Below, one piece after another: positions 62,001 through 64,000 of a stretch of DNA of 64,000 bases. The stretch's first letter is position 1; each line of letters opens with the position of its first letter. Source of the stretch: Mizuhopecten yessoensis (Eukaryota); contig NW_018404396.1 in the NCBI RefSeq assembly GCF_002113885.1, positions 774,503-838,502 of the forward strand, read 5' to 3'. The position numbers and the translations under genes are program-made. A model generated the notes under the pieces. That model ran no database searches, was not told the origin of the DNA, and saw nothing but the letters and a program-made list of their open reading frames with translations.

Positions 62001-63226
62001 ATGCAGAGGACCGGCGACGTGTGGAGAAGGCTCTTGAGGGAGTGGGTTTTAATGCAGGCAAGGTAGGGTAATGTTGCTGTTATTTCAATGTTGAACTTTT
62101 CATTTCTGAACTCTAAGTCAAATTTAGAAAGTATGTTTTAACTTAACATTGATTTATCGTTCAAGTTTGGTAAAATTTCCAGATGAATAAATCAAAACCA
62201 TATATAGAAGATTTTGTATGTAAACTTCATACAAAATGTGTAGTAACCTATCATTTGTCATTAGATATGTATACAGTTGCTTTTGATTGAGCGTTATTCA
62301 ACGTCAAATTTCGTACTTTGGTAATACCCAGTAATATTGTCTTGACCAAACACTGCTTGGGGTCTATTCAAAATCCAAGACGGCAGCTCAGAACAACAGT
62401 GAACAAATCAGAAAAAACGACCACCACACCTTCTTATCATATTAGATGGTGATGCCAAATGTTTTATGATTTCAGAATGAGACCATAGATCCAAACAGAT
62501 TTACATTTGATGGATTTTTCAACTTCTACCGCCACTTAGTGGGAAGGACTGAGGTGGACAAGGTTTTTGACGAGATGTAAGTCACAACAGCATATAGAAA
62601 TCCTCAAACATACAACCTCATACAAGCTCTGCACTGTTCTGATGACGGTCGGCCTAGCCATCCGAAACATGTAAACTAATAACAGTTACAGAATGCTTGT
62701 ATACTTGTATTTACCTCCCTTCCATGGAGCTCTACTAGAATACTCCGGTATCCACTTCAGATTCCTCCATCAAGACATCTACCAACTCTCACCTACAGGA
62801 CGCTGCGACTCCTTTGCCTATAATTGTGTTGGTTCTCCAACACTTTTGTCATTTTCTACAAGCTCTTTACCAGTAAACTCATAACTCCCAGTAAAGTTAC
62901 TGCTGCATTCTTCTGGTTTTAACAATAAACCTGATTCTGTATATATCCTTGTCATGATTAAGAGGTTAAAGGTTAATCAGAAAGTATAAAGATTGGTATT
63001 GAATTAACAACCTAAACATATAAAAAGAAATCATAAGTTATCCTATTTGACTGATTCAGTGGTGCCAAAAAGAAGCCGTACCTAACTGTGGACCAGTTTG
63101 TAGAATTCCTAAACCGTGAGCAGAGAGATCCGCGTTTGAATGAGATCTTGTATCCTTACTACACCACAAAGCAAGCCCAGGACCTGATAAACACCTACGA
63201 GACTAAGACTGGCATGGCTGCCAAGG
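2193..63226 (+). CDS. PLCB1: Phospholipase C beta (PLCB1/2/3-like, 1-phosphatidylinositol 4,5-bisphosphate phosphodiesterase beta); spliced, 8 coding exons in window, 3'-incomplete
   Basis: The spliced translation runs [82 protein letters not shown]-...[27 protein letters not shown]. It matches the PLCbeta N-terminus as I recall it (human PLCB1 MAGAQPGVHALQLKPVCV..., [12 protein letters not shown]). All introns are GT-AG and phases are consistent across 889 nt. The symbol names the nearest vertebrate homologue; the gene is probably a co-orthologue of PLCB1-3. Confidence 0.95.
3229..3248. repeat. poly-G run (20 nt)
   Basis: Seen directly. Confidence 0.9.
5030..5662. mobile_element. Non-autonomous hAT-type element (MITE)
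   Basis: Termini TAGTGGTG / CAGCACTA, perfect 8-bp TSD CTAACTGC (5022-5029, 5663-5670), ATCGA-rich subterminal motifs. Confidence 0.85.
6337..6723 (+). mobile_element. Probable solo LTR (TGTT...AACA termini, BEL/Pao-like)
   Basis: Inverted ends TGTTTTCTCCGA / TCGGAGAAAAACA, 387 bp, CpG-rich. TATA-like GTATATA near 6386 and AATAAA at 6619-6624. Flanks GAAAT/GGAGT are only a 3/5 TSD match. Confidence 0.6.
7358..7842. mobile_element. Non-autonomous hAT-type element (MITE)
   Basis: Termini TATTGTTG / CAACACTA, 8-bp TSD AATGTACC/AATGTACT, many ATCGAT subterminal motifs. Confidence 0.8.
8007..8030. repeat. (CA)n microsatellite
   Basis: Seen directly. Confidence 0.9.
8925..9160. repeat. Degenerate tandem repeat, about 27-30 bp (GTACATATTGATGYGTCCTACAC core)
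   Basis: Recurrent CATATTGATG..TCCT motif. Confidence 0.7.
9745..10378. repeat. 18-bp minisatellite (CTGGTAATAAGCCCATGT), about 35 copies, embedded in a MITE end (9726-10423)
   Basis: 18-bp periodicity. Both flanks match the end of the MITE at 61177-61544. Confidence 0.95.
11350..12277. repeat. 28-bp minisatellite (CCCAGTAGATAATCCAGCCACCTTTGTT), degenerate toward the 5' side
   Basis: 28-bp periodicity, homogeneous from about 11830 to 12277. Confidence 0.93.
13340..14145. repeat. Degenerate ~41-bp tandem repeat with internal hairpin GACTCAG-TATTT-CTGAGTC, interrupted by a MITE
   Basis: Recurrent GACTCAGTATTTCTGAGTCAACA...GGTTAC..AGGATA units on both sides of 13776-13974. Confidence 0.75.
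13776..13974 (+). mobile_element. ~200-bp MITE with CATACTTGCCAAC TIRs (copy 1)
   Basis: TIRs CATACTTGCCAACT / AGTTGGCAAGTAT. Degenerate TSD CTCAATAT/TCAATCT. Homologous copy in reverse orientation at 61226-61419. Confidence 0.8.
14976..15058. mobile_element. 83-bp TTAA-flanked (piggyBac-type) MITE, copy 1
   Basis: TTAA on both sides, imperfect TIR of the CTCATTCACCCCT type. Same-length homologue at 41796-41878. Confidence 0.75.
15842..15892. repeat. 3 x 17-bp tandem repeat (CGTACCTGTTGATATTC)
   Basis: Seen directly. Confidence 0.85.
15900..16925. repeat. 39-bp minisatellite (CCCATAGACTACCATCATGTATACATACAAGATATCTGG), degenerate 5' edge
   Basis: 39-bp periodicity, giving 13-aa repeats in the ORF track. 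Confidence 0.93.
18270..18900. repeat. 28-bp minisatellite (CTATGACCTGGTACCTATAGTGTGGTTA)
   Basis: 28-bp periodicity in the 18450-18670 core, with degenerate flanks. Confidence 0.88.
20630..21150. repeat. Two adjacent degenerate tandem repeats (~40-bp AATGTGTAAGGGGGATAAC units; ~46-bp ATAATTATATTTAAAGATATTATATTAGGAAGATGGGG units)
   Basis: Recurrent motifs seen directly. Confidence 0.7.
21430..21822 (+). mobile_element. Degenerate SINE-like retroposon fragment
   Basis: 3' end ...CTCATATGACCTTAGCT...GGATGTTAAACCC followed by an A/C-rich tail (AAAACTAAACCAAAACCAA) resembles molluscan SINE tails. No clear tRNA head. Family assignment is from memory only. Confidence 0.4.
22933..23985 (+). mobile_element. 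Helentron-associated non-autonomous element (HINE/DINE-1/pearl-like), copy 1, spanning the N gap
   Basis: 5' TTATT + subTIR AGGGCCCCGT, then an internal inverted repeat and a (GTCT)n microsatellite. 3' subTIR ACGGGGCCCT, hairpin ACTGAC-CT-GTCAGT, ending CTAGTT. Confidence 0.85.
23021..23588. other. Assembly gap (568 N)
   Basis: Run of N. Confidence 1.
24610..25144. mobile_element. Non-autonomous hAT-type element (MITE)
   Basis: TIRs TAGAGGTGCAAC / GTTACACCCCTA, perfect 8-bp TSD TTGTGACA (24602-24609, 25145-25152), GATAC/GTATC subterminal motifs. Confidence 0.88.
25240..27520. repeat. 41-bp satellite (TACAGATAAACCTGTCCAAAACAGTCTGTCTACTATAGAAA), about 55 copies
   Basis: 41-bp periodicity, near-identical core at about 26200-27000. 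Confidence 0.97.
28300..30292. repeat. 22-bp satellite (ACTAGGAACTATAGCCATAGCT / ACTGGAGACTATACACATAATT variants) with higher-order structure
   Basis: 22-bp monomers of three types, with 138-, 110- and 66-bp higher-order periods. Confidence 0.95.
30625..30845. repeat. 29-bp minisatellite (GACCATTGGGTCCAGAGCTGTGTTGTTAT)
   Basis: 29-bp periodicity, about 6 copies. Confidence 0.92.
31300..31734. repeat. 22-29-bp variable minisatellite (CACATCTCTACTGGTCACA core)
   Basis: Seen directly. Confidence 0.92.
31735..32596 (+). mobile_element. 5'-truncated HINE-like element, copy 2 (same family as 22933-23985)
   Basis: 32202-32596 aligns almost base for base with 23589-23985, including the 3' subTIR and hairpin. 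The upstream part has ~120-bp GGTCAAGGTCA-rich central repeats. Confidence 0.9.
32638..34897. repeat. 34-bp satellite (CACTCCACTGGTCACAAACAAAACAACACAGATA), about 66 copies
   Basis: 34-bp periodicity with GGAA/GATA variants. Confidence 0.97.
35500..35850. repeat. Degenerate repeat (AAGGTCATAGGGTATTGTGAC..TGACTGGTATAGAATAA units)
   Basis: About 5 diverged ~60-bp copies. Confidence 0.6.
35897..37715. repeat. 28-bp satellite (AAGAATACAAGTTACTGACATGACTAGA), about 65 copies, essentially invariant core
   Basis: Exact 28-bp periodicity. Confidence 0.98.
39316..39427 (+). repeat. 55-bp tandem duplication of the intron-1 acceptor and the first bases of exon 2
   Basis: TTAGATTTAAATATTT...TTTTTCAGAGCTCTACGA occurs at 39316 and again at 39371. 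Confidence 0.9.
39416..39493 (+). CDS. PLCB1: PLC-beta coding exon 2 (78 nt, [26 protein letters not shown]; PH domain)
   Basis: Acceptor TTTTTCAG, donor AAG|GTATTC. Conserved DPxG..LYW.DQNK motif. Confidence 0.95.
40323..40555. repeat. 28-bp minisatellite (TAGGGTCAGGAGGTCAGTCTTTGGTATC), about 8 copies
   Basis: 28-bp periodicity. Confidence 0.93.
41495..41681. mobile_element. Short MITE-like element with ~21-bp imperfect TIRs
   Basis: GATTCTATGCTTAAGCCAAAT versus the reverse complement of TTTTGGCTTGAGCACAGAATC. No clear TSD. Confidence 0.5.
41796..41878. mobile_element. 83-bp TTAA-flanked (piggyBac-type) MITE, copy 2
   Basis: TTAA flanks. Homologous to 14976-15058. Confidence 0.75.
42410..43022 (+). 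mobile_element. Degenerate 3' part of a HINE-like element (AGCTCACCT subTIR family)
   Basis: Diverged GATATTTGGC/CCTTGAC/GGTCACAG central repeats. 3' end CAGGTGAGCAATACAGGCCAATTGGGCCTCATGTT matches 59008-59042. Confidence 0.75.
43528..43781. mobile_element. Tc1/mariner-pogo (Tigger-like) MITE
   Basis: TA on both sides. 23-bp TIR CAGTGAAACCTGGTTTTACCGAC with a 21/23 match. Confidence 0.88.
45355..45703. repeat. 40-bp minisatellite (TACATGCAGGCTGTAAACACAAGGTTGGGGTAGAATGTTT)
   Basis: 40-bp periodicity, about 8 copies. Confidence 0.92.
48968..49359. mobile_element. MITE with perfect 15-bp TIRs CAGGGATCAATCTAG (hAT-like ends)
   Basis: Perfect TIR and GGGGAA subterminal motifs. TSD not conserved. 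Confidence 0.8.
51057..51125 (+). CDS. PLCB1: PLC-beta coding exon 3 (69 nt, [23 protein letters not shown])
   Basis: Acceptor TTAACAG, donor AAG|GTAAGC. IRDTRTG..AK.PK PH-domain motif. Confidence 0.95.
51562..51835. repeat. 49-bp minisatellite (CCTATCTGTTCTTACCTGTGGCAACACTTTGTACCTTTGTCTATTCTGG)
   Basis: 49-bp periodicity, about 5 copies. Confidence 0.9.
52102..53568 (+). mobile_element. HINE-like element with two types of internal tandem repeats
   Basis: 5' TTATTAGCTCACCT. 3' AGGTAAGC + hairpin AGCCCC-TCT-GGGGCT + CTTAT. GC-rich GGGGCTGACCCCC internal repeats (52200-52865), then a second repeat type (52930-53430). Confidence 0.85.
57220..57375 (+). CDS. PLCB1: PLC-beta coding exon 4 (156 nt, [11 protein letters not shown]...[14 protein letters not shown])
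   Basis: Acceptor GTTTCAG, donor AAG|GTAAGG. LEDKTVT and INFV motifs of the PLCbeta PH domain. Confidence 0.93.
57604..59042 (+). mobile_element. Full-length HINE-like element with a ~144-bp central satellite array
   Basis: 5' TTATTAGCTCACCTGG with inverted repeat GTGAGCT and short GTCC repeats. About 8 central ~143-146-bp units (CTACCAAGTTTGTTCAAATGAATGACCTTGACC). 3' CCAGGTGAGC + hairpin AGGCCCA-T-TGGGCCT + CTTATT. Confidence 0.9.
60940..61073 (+). CDS. PLCB1: PLC-beta coding exon 5 (134 nt, [31 protein letters not shown]...GRIPVK)
   Basis: Acceptor GTACAG, donor AA|GTTAGT (phase 2). Encodes the PH C-terminal helix Trp plus LEK.HTKL and GRIPVK motifs. Confidence 0.95.
61177..61544 (-). mobile_element. 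Tc1/mariner-pogo-type MITE (CCGTATTTATC-type TIRs, TA flanks) carrying a nested MITE
   Basis: TA|TTGTATTTATCCTGCAATAAGCCCAGG ... CATGGGCTTATTGCCAGATAAATACG|TA. Confidence 0.8.
61226..61419 (-). mobile_element. CATACTTGCCAAC-TIR MITE, copy 2 (nested)
   Basis: TIRs CATACTTGCCAAC / GTTAGCAAGTATG. Reverse-complement homology to 13776-13974. Confidence 0.8.
61978..62062 (+). CDS. PLCB1: PLC-beta coding exon 6 (85 nt, (N)[28 protein letters not shown]; EF-hand region)
   Basis: Acceptor TGTACAG, donor AAG|GTAGGG. DR.RVE.AL motif. Phase matches exon 5. Confidence 0.93.
62476..62576 (+). CDS. PLCB1: PLC-beta coding exon 7 (101 nt, [33 protein letters not shown])
   Basis: Acceptor TTTCAG, donor AT|GTAAGT (phase 2). 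R.E.D..F motif. Confidence 0.94.
62620..62702 (+). ncRNA. Candidate minimal type-I hammerhead ribozyme motif (Penelope-like type) in intron 7
   Basis: CTGATGA (62639-62645), stem II GG..GGC-CTA-GCC..CC, GAAA (62664-62667), palindromic ACATGT stem III, GUA cleavage triplet (62671-62673). The core is flanked by a long imperfect inverted repeat forming stem I. Confidence 0.6.
63060..63226 (+). CDS. PLCB1: PLC-beta coding exon 8 (167 nt, [32 protein letters not shown]...GMAAK)
   Basis: Acceptor ATTCAG, donor G|GTAGGT (phase 1). Diagnostic [12 protein letters not shown]. Confidence 0.96.
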
Positions 63227-64000
63227 GTAGGTAACTCCACCAGACTAACAGGATTAAGTAGTTCACCACATAAGCTGCTGGGAGAATAGAATAATATGTC
63301 AATTTTATCACAGTTTTATAGAAAGTCTATAACATATAATATGCTGTATAGAATGCCTTTAGTTTTTTATATAAGATGGTGAAGGAGCATTAGATGATGA
63401 ATAGCAATAATAATACTGACATCGTATTATAGAGTCGCTACCTAACAAATGGTTTACAGTTTATATGGTGGAGGACAGGTCAGCTACATGATTATATAAC
63501 CTAACAATTAAATTTATCTCTCGCATACAACTTATAACCTATATATTTCCAATTCTTTTTTTAAATTTTTAAATTTTATCCTGATTGGTGTTTTAAAATT
63601 GTTTAACATATATTTTTTCATCTATCTCTCAATGGCATGTTATTGTATGTAATGGTTTTTGTGACATTCTTCCTTATAAATGCCAGTAATTTTGTATCTG
63701 TATCAATATTTGCTACAAAAAATCAAAGAGACAGCAAATAACAATATTCCTTGTCTTAATTTTCACAGCTGTACTTTTGGAATGATTCTTTCCGAAACTT
63801 TTTCATTAAAAAATTGAAATGCCTAGCAGAATGATGTTATGGAATCTTCATTATACTGGATGCTTTTCAATATATGCATTGCCGTTTTCTCTTTTCCTTC
63901 TTTGTAACTTTAAAGGGGATGTTGAGCCAGGTAAGAGATGGGCATGACCTGTATAGACACTACTATACCATGACAGCATGCTGGCGTATAATACCATCTC

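Overview
Eukaryotic (animal) genomic DNA: AT-rich, intron-rich, with one assembly gap (N 23021-23588). The repeat types suggest a bivalve mollusc, which is an inference. The window holds the 5' part of one + strand gene, a phospholipase C beta of the PLCB1/2/3 (Plc21C-like) class. Eight coding exons (2193-2291, 39416-39493, 51057-51125, 57220-57375, 60940-61073, 61978-62062, 62476-62576, 63060-63226) have GT-AG boundaries and splice into one open frame of 889 nt (about 296 aa, PH domain plus EF-hand region). The catalytic domains lie beyond the window. The 37-kb first intron is roughly one third tandem repeat. The introns also carry hAT-, Tc1/pogo- and piggyBac-type MITEs, Helentron-associated (HINE/DINE-1-like) elements and a probable solo LTR. 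The long ORFs in the supplied track are repeat or gap artefacts. I see no new protein-coding system. The best leads are: (1) a minimal type-I hammerhead-ribozyme-like motif in the sense strand of intron 7; (2) an 18-bp minisatellite whose unexpanded parent MITE end is also in the window; (3) a tandemly duplicated, frame-shifting splice acceptor in front of exon 2; (4) a sense-oriented solo LTR with CRE, TATA-like box and a consensus splice donor in intron 1.
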